A model generated the notes under the pieces. It ran no database searches. It saw only the letters and a program-made list of their open reading frames with translations, and was not told where the DNA came from. From positions 46,596 through 110,595 of the forward strand of contig CAYUZE010000005.1 of the NCBI GenBank assembly GCA_964449585.1: 64,000 nt of DNA, read 5' to 3'. Position 1 is the stretch's first letter; each line of letters starts with the position of its first letter. The DNA is from an uncultured Gammaproteobacteria bacterium. GTDB taxonomy: Bacteria; Patescibacteriota; Microgenomatia; UBA10105; UBA927. Both the position numbers and the translations under genes were made by a program. Shown here piece after piece: positions 9,501 to 18,464 of the stretch.

Positions 9501-9531
9501 ATAAAGAATAAGCTTATTATGAGGCTAAATG

Positions 9532-9546
9532 CACCATCATATGGTG
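9532..9546. promoter_or_regulatory. Perfect palindrome CACCATcatATGGTG in the divergent promoter region (candidate XRE operator)
   Basis: 6-bp inverted arms with 3-bp spacer, 39 nt upstream of the XRE start and upstream of the divergent TM/AlbA_2 operon; adjacent inverted copy of the ATTTAGCCTCA motif at 9520-9530. Confidence 0.45.
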
Positions 9547-9584
9547 TAGATTAGAGGATACACCCAACATACCCTGTATGCAAC

Positions 9585-9800
9585 ATGGCAGGGTACAAAA
9601 TAAACCAGAAACTTGGACAACGAATCCAACGAGCGCGGAAGGGGAAGAAGATATCTCAAGAACAATTTGCCGAAGCTATCGGAGTCCATCGAAATCAAAT
9701 TGGTCGCATTGAGCGAGGGGAAACGAATGTCCCAATGTACACCTTTTATAAAATCGTCAAAGCCCTCAAATTAAAGGCTCGAGATTTACTTCCTTTTTAA
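9585..9800 (+). CDS. XRE-family helix-turn-helix transcriptional regulator
   Basis: 71 aa; LGQRIQRARKGKKISQEQFAEAIGVHRNQIGRIERGETNVPMYTFYKIVKAL is a canonical HTH_3 (Cro/C1) domain. Confidence 0.8.
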   Translation: MAGYKINQKLGQRIQRARKGKKISQEQFAEAIGVHRNQIGRIERGETNVPMYTFYKIVKALKLKARDLLPF

Positions 9801-9876
9801 TGAGTGCGGGAAGGTTTTATATCAAAATATATCAAAGTGATATTAGATATACCGAGGGGCAACCGGCGAATTTACC

Positions 9877-10266
9877 TTAAAGCATTGCTCTCATAAGCAT
9901 GCCTACGGAACGCACAAAGTCATCTAACTTCTCATAGTCTTTATTTACCACCTTCGTAATACCCCTATCTCGAAGTTGCTGATTGTAAGCAGGCATAGAG
10001 GATATTCCAATCACCTTATCTGTCCCAATTTTCTCTAGGTTAATTGTGTGAAAGGAGCCTCCCGCTTTGCAATCGCGGTCTAGGAGCACGATGTCCCAAG
10101 TAATTGATTCGGTTCTATTTACATAGTCTTCTACTTGGGAGTATTCGGAGAGGACGGTAGTAGCTATCTCCACATTACATTCATCCTCAAGAGTACGGAG
10201 AGCCTCCATAAGTTTCGAGAGCGTAGCTAAGTCATCTTCAAGGATAAGTACCCGACAGGTTTTCAT
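9877..10266 (-). CDS. Stand-alone response-regulator receiver (REC/CheY-like) domain protein
   Basis: N-terminal VLILEDD acidic pocket and central IVLLDRDC phospho-acceptor-like Asp in a 129-aa protein with no output domain. Confidence 0.5.
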   Translation of the reverse strand: MKTCRVLILEDDLATLSKLMEALRTLEDECNVEIATTVLSEYSQVEDYVNRTESITWDIVLLDRDCKAGGSFHTINLEKIGTDKVIGISSMPAYNQQLRDRGITKVVNKDYEKLDDFVRSVGMLMRAML

Positions 10267-10671
10267 ATGCCTAGATTGAAGTATAAACGATTCTTAATAG
10301 ATGGGGGGCTGGACAGGAAAACTATACACATTGATAGCCCGATGAAATGAGTAACCGCGTGCCTTGGTTTGTAAAAATTATAAGGTATTTGAAAAGTGAC
10401 ACATTTCAACTATAGAGCGTCCTGATGCACTAAATACCAGTTGACAGGGTGACAATAGAAATTATTCAATGGGCTTGTCTTAAGGGACTACCGTTAGGGC
10501 TTAGAAGACGTTAAAGAAACGAAGCGATAACGGCGACCGAAGCAAAGCAAACGAAACCTATACAGATAAACAGTTAAGACACCTCAGCCGCACCGGCTAG
10601 GAAAATCTGGCAGGGAGAGTGAAGCCAAGCGAGGGAGATGTATTTCTGAGTTATGGAGGGAGAAAAAAACG

Positions 10672-10863
10672 ATGAAAAAGTTACAAAGTGACACTGTAAG
10701 CACAAAACAGGTGCGAATTGACGCTGAGTGGGTAAATGCTCTGGCTTATCTCCGAGCAGACCTCCACGTGTCAATGAAGAGCCTTGTAGAGGAAGCTCTA
10801 AGCAAGTGCTATGCATTGAATTCAGAAGGGAAACCTTATCGAATTGAGAAAGCGTCAGATTAA
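10672..10863 (+). CDS. Small ribbon-helix-helix-like protein (possible CopG/antitoxin-like)
   Basis: 63 aa; VRIDAEWVNALAYL resembles an RHH beta-strand/helix start; weak. Confidence 0.3.
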   Translation: MKKLQSDTVSTKQVRIDAEWVNALAYLRADLHVSMKSLVEEALSKCYALNSEGKPYRIEKASD

Positions 10864-11140
10864 AGCTTGGTATCGAACATTTATCATTTCCATTTTCATT
10901 ATGAACATCAATAGCTATTTAACCGTCATAAGCGGAAGAACCAAATTGACCCTGTATGAATTCGATACGTATAAAAAAACGACGCAGTCCGACGATTGTA
11001 TTTCGCTATATGGTGGATGCGGGTGGAGCCACGCCTATCAAACGGATGTATAGCCGTATATTTGAGTTAGCGTATGAGCGAGTTATAGAGCGTAGGAATA
11101 AGATAAGTACTTAACAAAGTATAATGGAATAAGGGAAAAT

Positions 11141-12799
11141 ATGGGTGAACCATTCCAACCAACTAGTAGTGATAAAGTTCCACGAAAAGCAGCAATATAC
11201 GCTCGTGTTTCTACTGAAAATCAGGAGAAGCAACAAACAATAGACTCTCAGATTGATGAGGTCAAAAGGCGAATAGAGGTAGATGGAAACACCTTGACCG
11301 AGGAGAATATCTATATTGATGAAGGCTGGTCAGGGATGCTTTTGGCAAGACCTGCGTTAGACCAGTTACGTGATGCCGTTTCATCTAAGCGGTTCGATAT
11401 GGTGTACGTATATGACCTCGGGAGGCTATCGAGAGATTTTACCAACCAGCTTGTATTAATTAAGGAGATTGAAGATTCGGGGGTAAAGGTTGTTTCTTTG
11501 CATGACATTAACCCAGAAAACGATGAGCAAGGGTTTATAAGAAATATCTTGGGTAGCTTCCATGAGTATGAAAGAGTCAAAATCGCCGACCGCATGCGCA
11601 GAGGCAAACTTTATAAAGCAAGAAATGGCAACATTATCAACGGAAATGCGATTTATGGCTACTCGTATATTAAGAAAAGCGGCGATATACCCGCATCATG
11701 GGTAATAAACGAGCAAGAGGCAAAAGTCGTAAGGATGATATGGCAATGGGTAGGGGAGGAAGGAGAGTCAATTCGGGGTGTTATAAAAAGGCTTTACGAT
11801 ATGGGTATTACTCCTCGCAAACAAAAACGTCCCATTTGGACAAAGGGACCAATTGTACGAATACTCCAATGTAATACATATGTGACCGGCAAAGCCCATT
11901 ACAACAAGTCAGAAGCTACTATCGCAAAACGTCCTAGGAACAGCGACCGATACAAAAAGGTTAAGAGAACGAGTAGAAAAGTGCGACCGGTAGAAGAATG
12001 GATACCATTCGACGTTCCGATAATCATTCAGGATTTGGCGTTATATGAAAAAGTACAGAAAATATTCGAGCTTAACAAGAAATATGCAAATAAGAAAAGT
12101 AAGGGAAAGTATTTATTTACGGGAAGGATATTTTGCCAATGCGGAAGCCGTATGAACGGTGACGGGTGCAATAAATATGGTCACTTCTACTACCGGTGTA
12201 CGAGTAGAATCCACAAATTTCCTCTAGATACGTCTTGTAAGGCTGGTGGTGTGAATGCGAAGCTATTGGATACGTTGCTTTGGAATGCTCTTAAGAAACA
12301 AATTAGCGATAGCGTGCTTCTCCGGCAATATGCGGAGGAATGGCTTGAATCAAAGCAAAAGCATCTCGATATCTCAGAGGAGGTTGAGAGATTGCAAAGC
12401 ACGCTTAACAGCCTTTCTCAGGAAGAAGAGAGATATGCAAAGGCATATGGGGCAGGTTCACTAGATTTAAGTTTATTCACTAACCTTATTAAAAATATAC
12501 GAAGCCAAAAGACCGATGTTCAGGAAAAGATGTGTGGCATCATGGCTACCCATACGAGCGACATATCTCCAGTGGAAGTTGATGAGCTCGTAAAAGAATC
12601 GTTGGAAGTAATTGAAAAGTTAGATTGGGATAACAAAATTGCCACAGTTCGCGATATAATAGAGCGCGTTATTGTCAGAGAACAAACTGGAGTAGAGGTG
12701 TTCGTACATTTACCTATGCCATCTACCCAAAAGTTGGATTATGAACTTGAAAGTAGGCATCGTCGGGCTTCCCAATGCAGGGAAATCCACCTTATTTAA
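11141..12799 (+). CDS. Large serine recombinase (resolvase N-terminal domain plus recombinase domain plus Zn-ribbon/coiled-coil)
   Basis: AIYARVSTENQ catalytic Ser motif, then YDLGRLSRDF; Cys cluster CQCGSRMNGDGC...YYRC typical of large serine integrases; 552 aa. Confidence 0.85.
   Translation: MGEPFQPTSSDKVPRKAAIYARVSTENQEKQQTIDSQIDEVKRRIEVDGNTLTEENIYIDEGWSGMLLARPALDQLRDAVSSKRFDMVYVYDLGRLSRDFTNQLVLIKEIEDSGVKVVSLHDINPENDEQGFIRNILGSFHEYERVKIADRMRRGKLYKARNGNIINGNAIYGYSYIKKSGDIPASWVINEQEAKVVRMIWQWVGEEGESIRGVIKRLYDMGITPRKQKRPIWTKGPIVRILQCNTYVTGKAHYNKSEATIAKRPRNSDRYKKVKRTSRKVRPVEEWIPFDVPIIIQDLALYEKVQKIFELNKKYANKKSKGKYLFTGRIFCQCGSRMNGDGCNKYGHFYYRCTSRIHKFPLDTSCKAGGVNAKLLDTLLWNALKKQISDSVLLRQYAEEWLESKQKHLDISEEVERLQSTLNSLSQEEERYAKAYGAGSLDLSLFTNLIKNIRSQKTDVQEKMCGIMATHTSDISPVEVDELVKESLEVIEKLDWDNKIATVRDIIERVIVREQTGVEVFVHLPMPSTQKLDYELESRHRRASQCREIHLI
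12741..12757 (+). repeat. attR-like direct repeat ATGAACTTGAAAGTAGG (current ychF start)
   Basis: Partner of the 6606-6622 repeat. Confidence 0.6.
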
Positions 12800-13817
12800 C
12801 GCGCTATTGAAAAAACAGGTGGCGTTTGCCGCAAACTACCCGTTTGCTACCATTGAGCCAAACATCGGGGTCGTGCCCGTACCTGATGAACGGTTGGCAA
12901 AAATTGCCGAAATCACTAAAGAAGAAGATCACCTGGAAAAACTGCCGCCGCTCCGTCCCGCCACCGTGGAGTTTGTTGACATCGCTGGACTGGTGAAGGG
13001 CGCAAGTGAAGGCGAAGGATTGGGAAACAAATTTTTAGCCCACATTCGTGAGGTGAATATTATCTGTAACGTCCTCCGGTTTTTTCCCGACTCGAACATT
13101 GTCCATACCGAAGGGGGAATAGATGCCGAGCGTGACCGTACCATCGTCGAAACGGAGCTCGTGCTCGCCGACCTGCAAACACTTGCCAAACAGCAGGAGC
13201 CCAAAATGAATGCAACGAAGGAAGATCGGGCGCGGTATGAACTCGTTAAACGACTTAAAACCGCCATGGATGCGGGCAAGCGCGCGGGAGAAATCCTTAC
13301 CGATCCCGACGAACGGGAGCTTATCCGCCCGCTCCAACTCTTAACAATGAAGCCGATCGTCTACGTGGGCAACGTCTCCGAATCACAGCTTGCCGTTCCG
13401 CCGCAAACGAATCTTCATCCGATGGTGTTTATATCCGCGCAAACCGAATCTGAACTTGCCGCCATGACGCCCGAGGAACAAAAAGATTATCTTGCATCGC
13501 TCGGAGTTGCCGCGTCGGGACTTGATCTGCTAATCCGCACCGCATACGAAACACTGGGACTTATATCTTTTCTCACGACGGGAGAACTGGAAAGTCGTGC
13601 CTGGACGATCGAAAAGGGCATGAAGGCACCGGCAGCCGCCGGGGTGATTCACACGGATTTCGAAAAGAAGTTTATTAAAGCGGATACCGTGTCGTATGCC
13701 GACTTTGTTGCCTGCGGCGGTTGGAAAAAGGCACGGGAAGCCGGAAAAGCCCGCAGTGAGGGTAAAGAGTACGAGATGCAGGACGGTGACATCGTGGAGT
13801 TTAAAATCGGCAGTTAA
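12741..13817 (+). CDS. ychF: Ribosome-binding ATPase YchF (Obg-like GTPase family)
   Basis: MNLKVGIVGLPNAGKSTLFNAL G1 motif, TGS C-terminal domain; 358 aa. Confidence 0.9.
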   Translation: MNLKVGIVGLPNAGKSTLFNALLKKQVAFAANYPFATIEPNIGVVPVPDERLAKIAEITKEEDHLEKLPPLRPATVEFVDIAGLVKGASEGEGLGNKFLAHIREVNIICNVLRFFPDSNIVHTEGGIDAERDRTIVETELVLADLQTLAKQQEPKMNATKEDRARYELVKRLKTAMDAGKRAGEILTDPDERELIRPLQLLTMKPIVYVGNVSESQLAVPPQTNLHPMVFISAQTESELAAMTPEEQKDYLASLGVAASGLDLLIRTAYETLGLISFLTTGELESRAWTIEKGMKAPAAAGVIHTDFEKKFIKADTVSYADFVACGGWKKAREAGKARSEGKEYEMQDGDIVEFKIGS

Positions 13818-14101
13818 TGTAGACTCATATGACATTTCGCATTGAACGGTTCCCTGACTGTTACTATACCGGTCGTGAAAGGCTATATAAGGCCGGGGAG
13901 GAATTGAAGGTGCGGGTGAGTGCAATGGGTGGCCTTTCCACAAGGGAAGCAACGCTCGAGAGCTTAGCATCCGGCAAAGGGTTCATCGTCGGAGACAGAG
14001 TTATTCGACCGCCAAATTTTATCTGGACGAATTTCGGGTATGCCATTGCAGAATAAAACCCTCATTGAAGATTACGTTCCAATTTGCTATCATTATTGCT
14101 T

Positions 14102-14380
14102 ATGACTACGTACGAACTCATGGTTGTGGTAAATAGCGCCGTCGATTTGACGGGCGATAAAGCGCAAAAAGATTTGGTGGAAAAACTTGTCGGTGCAGGC
14201 GGCACGGTGACGGAAGTGACCTCGCTGGGCAAGAAAACGCTTGCGTATCCGATCAAAAAACAAACGGAAGCAACCTATCTTCTCGCGACAGTAACGGGAT
14301 CAGTGAAATCAGCGGAAATCGACAAGAAATCCAAACTCATGGATGAAGTCTTGCGATTTTTGTTGACGGTAAAAGAGTAA
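14102..14380 (+). CDS. rpsF: 30S ribosomal protein S6
   Basis: YELMVVVN...LAYPIKKQTEATYLL matches S6; conserved rpsF-ssb-rpsR order. Confidence 0.8.
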   Translation: MTTYELMVVVNSAVDLTGDKAQKDLVEKLVGAGGTVTEVTSLGKKTLAYPIKKQTEATYLLATVTGSVKSAEIDKKSKLMDEVLRFLLTVKE

Positions 14381-14400
14381 CGGAAGAGAAAGGGGTATCT

Positions 14401-14889
14401 ATGTCCAGCAGAAGTTTGAACAAGGTAACGCTCATCGGAAACCTTACGAGGGATCCTGAGCTTCGATATACACCGACGGGTGCCGCCGTGTGTACCATCG
14501 GTCTTGCGACCAACAGGACATGGGTAACTGATGCGGGGGAAAAGAAAGAAGAAACCGAATTTCACCGCGTCGTTGCTTGGAATAAGCTTGCCGAACTTTG
14601 CAGTCAGCTGCTCTCCAAAGGCCGCAAAGTCTATGTAGAGGGAAGACTTCGGACTTCCGCCTGGCAGGCACAAGACGGGTCACAGCGGACAAGTACGGAA
14701 ATCGTCATCGAAGACATGATCGTACTTGATTCAAAGCGACCGGGAGAAGAAACGGGAGAATCGCAGGATAAGCCGACAGCAGCACCCGTAGCACCGAAGA
14801 AGAAAGTCGAGAAAAAAGAAGCAAAAGAGGAAGCTCCTTCAGCGCCGTCGGCGGCAGAAGAAGTGAATCCTGACGATATACCGTTTTAA
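14401..14889 (+). CDS. ssb: Single-stranded DNA-binding protein
   Basis: OB-fold motifs (NKVTLIGNLTRDPELRYTP, HRVVAWNKLAE) and acidic C-terminal tail ending DDIPF. Confidence 0.9.
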   Translation: MSSRSLNKVTLIGNLTRDPELRYTPTGAAVCTIGLATNRTWVTDAGEKKEETEFHRVVAWNKLAELCSQLLSKGRKVYVEGRLRTSAWQAQDGSQRTSTEIVIEDMIVLDSKRPGEETGESQDKPTAAPVAPKKKVEKKEAKEEAPSAPSAAEEVNPDDIPF

Positions 14890-14920
14890 CAGATAAAATT
14901 GACAAAGTAACAAAAAACAT

Positions 14921-15166
14921 ATGATGAAACGATCTGGAAAATTTGTACGAAAACTGCGACCGGTTCCGACCAACTGTCCGTTTTGTGCGGCGGGTACGAG
15001 TCCTGATTACAAGGATGCGGCGGCACTTGGCAAATACCTTACCGAACGCGGCAAGCTTCAAGGACGCGCACGGACAGGGCTTTGTGCAAAGCATCAGCGA
15101 CGCGTCGAGCAGGCGATCAAGCGTGCACGGTTAGTCGCGATCTTACCGTTTGTGGTACGAGCCTGA
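14921..15166 (+). CDS. rpsR: 30S ribosomal protein S18
   Basis: CPFC...DYKD...LxxYLTERGKL..R..TGLCAKHQR motif. Confidence 0.85.
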   Translation: MMKRSGKFVRKLRPVPTNCPFCAAGTSPDYKDAAALGKYLTERGKLQGRARTGLCAKHQRRVEQAIKRARLVAILPFVVRA

Positions 15167-15176
15167 TAGATTTTCA

Positions 15177-16466
15177 ATGAAATCCCTGCCATTCTCAAAA
15201 ATACGATCCTTCGTTTTAATTCTCGCGCTCGTCATTCTCTCCGGAGGCGTGGGATATCAGCTGGGTGAGCGCAAAGTCTCCGTGGGATTTTCCGATAAAC
15301 GTCCCGTTATCAATACCGGTGCTCCCAACGGCACCAGCGTCAATTTCGGCGTGTTTTGGGATGTCTGGGGCAAACTTACCCGGTACTATATAGAACCGCA
15401 GACCATTGATGTGGAAAAGCTCGTTAATGGGGCGATAACGGGCATGGTGGCCGCCGTCGGCGACCCATACACTTCCTTCTTCCCCCCGCAGGAAAACAAG
15501 CAGTTTAAAGAAGATTTGGGAGGTGCGTTTGAAGGCATCGGTGCGGAGCTGGGACTGAAGGACGGTCGCGTCATTATTGTTTCGCCGCTCAAGGGTACCC
15601 CTGCGGAGGCCGCGGGAGTCAAACCTAACGATATTATCCTCAAGGTGAATGATGAAGAAACCGCAGGATGGACGGTAGAACAGGCGGTGAACAAAATTCG
15701 GGGACCGAAGGGAACCAAAGTAACACTCACGCTCCTTAGCCCTATTGATGCGTCGGGTCCGCGGGATGTCAGCATCGTACGCAACACAATCACCGTGCCT
15801 TCCGTTACTTCCTGGATCAAACCGGTACGTGAAATCACCGAAATTTCCGCTGCCACTGAAGCGGCACAACTTAAATCCCGCTCCTCGGATGACCGTGTTG
15901 CTTACATCAAGCTGACCCGATTCGGGGACAACACCAATGCCGATTGGAACAAAGCCGTGGATGCGATTCTTGCCGCAGACAAAGCCAACAAACTCGGCGG
16001 TCTGATTTTGGACCTGCGAAACAATCCGGGAGGCTATCTGGACGGCGCGGTGTACATCGCCAGCGAATTTATGAAAGGCGGCACCGTGGTATCACAGGTT
16101 AACAGTGATGGAACCCGACAGGATTACCCGACGGATCGAAGGGGAAGATTGACCGGCATGTCGATTGTCGTACTGGTCAATAACGGTTCCGCATCGGCAT
16201 CGGAAATTGTTGCCGGAGCACTTCGGGACAGTAAGCGGGCAAAGCTGGTCGGACAAACGACATTCGGCAAAGGCACCGTGCAAACGCCGTTTGATCTTTC
16301 GGGCGGCTCAAGCGTGCATATCACGACCGGCAAGTGGTTGTTGCCCGGCGGCAGTTCAATCAGTCAAAAAGGGCTTACGCCTGATCTTACGGTTGCGCTT
16401 GATCCTGCAGTGTCCGCGACCGCGGATGCGCAACTTGCCCGTGCGATTGAACTCCTTCTTCAGTAA
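15177..16466 (+). CDS. ctpA: Carboxyl-terminal processing protease (S41 family, CtpA/Prc-like) with PDZ domain
   Basis: PDZ (GIGAELGL...GTPAEAAGVKPNDIILKVN) plus S41 catalytic region (LDLRNNPGGYL, GSASASEIVAGAL); start chosen at MKSLPF to avoid overlap with rpsR. Confidence 0.8.
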   Translation: MKSLPFSKIRSFVLILALVILSGGVGYQLGERKVSVGFSDKRPVINTGAPNGTSVNFGVFWDVWGKLTRYYIEPQTIDVEKLVNGAITGMVAAVGDPYTSFFPPQENKQFKEDLGGAFEGIGAELGLKDGRVIIVSPLKGTPAEAAGVKPNDIILKVNDEETAGWTVEQAVNKIRGPKGTKVTLTLLSPIDASGPRDVSIVRNTITVPSVTSWIKPVREITEISAATEAAQLKSRSSDDRVAYIKLTRFGDNTNADWNKAVDAILAADKANKLGGLILDLRNNPGGYLDGAVYIASEFMKGGTVVSQVNSDGTRQDYPTDRRGRLTGMSIVVLVNNGSASASEIVAGALRDSKRAKLVGQTTFGKGTVQTPFDLSGGSSVHITTGKWLLPGGSSISQKGLTPDLTVALDPAVSATADAQLARAIELLLQ

Positions 16467-16511
16467 TTTTTCGGTTTTGCGATGTATGGTTTGTTGTGTA
16501 TACTAAGTGGT

Positions 16512-17663
16512 ATGAAACAGCAAAAAATACTTCTTCTGAGTGCTCTTTTCCTGTTGATTACGGGCGGCATCGTATCGGCCGGTTTTTTGGGACTGAATTG
16601 GCAACAGGTAAACAAGGTGTTTAAATTACCGTTGGGAACCAGCGCTCCATCACAAACCTTTTCCGATCGCATAAAAGTGGTAGAGGAAGAAAATGTTATT
16701 ACCGATGTGGTGGAGCGAGTTTCACCCTCTGTCGTTACGGTAGGTATATCACAGACAAGAGCGGTAGGGGATATTTTCGATTTTAATCCCTTTGACCCAT
16801 CGGAAACTGCGCCCCGCAGGCGCACGATCGAACAGGATATCGGCAGCGGCTTTGTGATCTCTTCTGACGGGCTTATTGTGACCAACAAACACGTGGTGAG
16901 TATGAGTAATGCGAAATACCGCGTAATCACCAAAGACGACAAATCCTATGATGTGGTCAAAATCTATCGTGATCCCGATAACGATTTGGCTATCGTCAAA
17001 ATAAACGCTACGGGGCTAACCCCCCTAGAAATGGGCGACTCGGATAAACTGAAGGTGGGACAAATGGCGATTGCCATCGGTACCGCATTGGGTGAGTTTC
17101 GGAACACGGTAACGGTGGGCGTTATTTCTGGCGTGGGGCGCGGCATTACGGCGGGTGAGCCGTTTGGCGGCAGCGCGGAAAAACTTGATAACGTCATTCA
17201 AACCGATGCGGCAATCAATCCCGGTAACTCGGGAGGACCGCTCCTTAACTCTGCAGGTCAGGTAATAGGCGTCAACACCGCCGTTTCCGCCGAGGGGCAG
17301 GGCATCGGATTTGCGCTTCCCATTAATGTCGTTAAGGATGCAGTGGCGAACTTCAATACCACGGGACAATTTAACCGTCCGTTTATGGGAGTTGAGTACC
17401 GTATGGTGACGCGCCAAATCGCCGTATTAAACGAGATTCCCGAGGGGGCATACATCATGGCGATCGTATCGGGAAGCCCTGCTGATGACGCAAACATCGA
17501 AGAAGGGGATATCATTACCAAAATAGCGGGGGAAAAGGTCACGGAGAGTAATGATCTTGCCCGCATCATCGGCAAGAAAAAAGTAGGGGACAAACTCACC
17601 ATCACCGTATGGCGTAACGAAGAGGAAACGGATCTTACGCTTACCCTGGGAACGCAGGAATAA
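16512..17663 (+). CDS. htrA: HtrA/DegP-family trypsin-like serine protease with C-terminal PDZ
   Basis: Catalytic triad context (TNKHVV, DLAIVKI, NPGNSGGPLLN) and PDZ domain. Confidence 0.85.
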   Translation: MKQQKILLLSALFLLITGGIVSAGFLGLNWQQVNKVFKLPLGTSAPSQTFSDRIKVVEEENVITDVVERVSPSVVTVGISQTRAVGDIFDFNPFDPSETAPRRRTIEQDIGSGFVISSDGLIVTNKHVVSMSNAKYRVITKDDKSYDVVKIYRDPDNDLAIVKINATGLTPLEMGDSDKLKVGQMAIAIGTALGEFRNTVTVGVISGVGRGITAGEPFGGSAEKLDNVIQTDAAINPGNSGGPLLNSAGQVIGVNTAVSAEGQGIGFALPINVVKDAVANFNTTGQFNRPFMGVEYRMVTRQIAVLNEIPEGAYIMAIVSGSPADDANIEEGDIITKIAGEKVTESNDLARIIGKKKVGDKLTITVWRNEEETDLTLTLGTQE

Positions 17664-17683
17664 GAAGAAGCGATAAGGGTGTT

Positions 17684-18382
17684 TTATGCCGGGGTAGCCA
17701 GCATTGCCTCGGTTATCTTTGTCATTTTTCCTTCGATGATATCTTCAAGATTGTGCCAGCTTTTGTTTATGCGGTGATCGGTAACCCGATTTTGGGGGAA
17801 ATTATAGGTACGGATTTTTTCACTCCGCATCCCGCGTCCGATGATGGAACGTTGTTCACTCATGGACTGTTCTCTGGCCAAAAGCTCCCGTTCCCACAAT
17901 CGTGCGCGCAACATGGACATGGCTACCTGCCTGTTTTGGTACTGGTCACGTTCATTTTGGCACTGTACGACGATCCCGGTGGGCTTATGTCGCAGGCGTA
18001 CCGCCGAACTTACTTTGTTCACATTCTGTCCGCCTTTGCCGCCTGCGCGATAAAATTCCCATTCCACATCCTCGGGTTTGATATATACTTCGTTTTCGGG
18101 AATTTCAGGTAATACCGCAACCGTCGCGGTGGAGGTGTGAATTCTGCCGTGCCGTTCGGTGGATGGTATCCGCTGGACACGATGGGTACCCGCCTCATAT
18201 TGCAGTTTGGTAAAAGCCGCGGCACCGCGGATACGCACGGCAAAATCATCGAGCTGTTCGGTTTTCCAGCCGACGATTGCCGCATAACGGACGTACATGC
18301 GGAGCAAATCAGCCGCCCACAGTTTGGCTTCTTCGCCTCCCGGGCCCGCACGAAACTCCATGATGGCTATATCGGTGTTCAT
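17684..18382 (-). CDS. prfA: Peptide chain release factor 1 homolog lacking N-terminal domain 1 (232 aa)
   Basis: PST tripeptide in [18 protein letters not shown] (RF1 PxT motif); GGQ motif in [12 protein letters not shown]; aligns to E. coli RF1 from about residue 110 onward; in-frame TAA 21 nt upstream of the ATG and only 82 nt to the rpmE stop. Confidence 0.75.
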   Translation of the reverse strand: MNTDIAIMEFRAGPGGEEAKLWAADLLRMYVRYAAIVGWKTEQLDDFAVRIRGAAAFTKLQYEAGTHRVQRIPSTERHGRIHTSTATVAVLPEIPENEVYIKPEDVEWEFYRAGGKGGQNVNKVSSAVRLRHKPTGIVVQCQNERDQYQNRQVAMSMLRARLWERELLAREQSMSEQRSIIGRGMRSEKIRTYNFPQNRVTDHRINKSWHNLEDIIEGKMTKITEAMLATPA

Positions 18383-18464
18383 AGTGAAAGACGTCGAAAA
18401 TCGTTACATGTCTACGTCGAAAAATTGCACACGAGAAACGTGGGAACAAGCGCGGTGCGTGTTC

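Larger units (their letters stand above)
6606..12757. mobile_element. Integrated element of about 6.1 kb (serine-recombinase-bearing island) inserted into the 5' end of ychF
   Basis: Flanking imperfect direct repeats; markedly AT-rich relative to flanks (by eye); large serine recombinase at the right end; cargo of regulators and defense-like genes; no phage structural genes. Confidence 0.65.

Noticed and set aside
6606-12757. Prophage
   Set aside because: No capsid, terminase, portal, tail or lysis genes. Only a recombinase, regulators and small cargo genes. It is better described as an integrative island or satellite-like element.
13829-14056. 75-aa ORF between ychF and rpsF as a gene
   Set aside because: There is no motif and no convincing RBS. 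Real coding cannot be excluded, so it is left unannotated.
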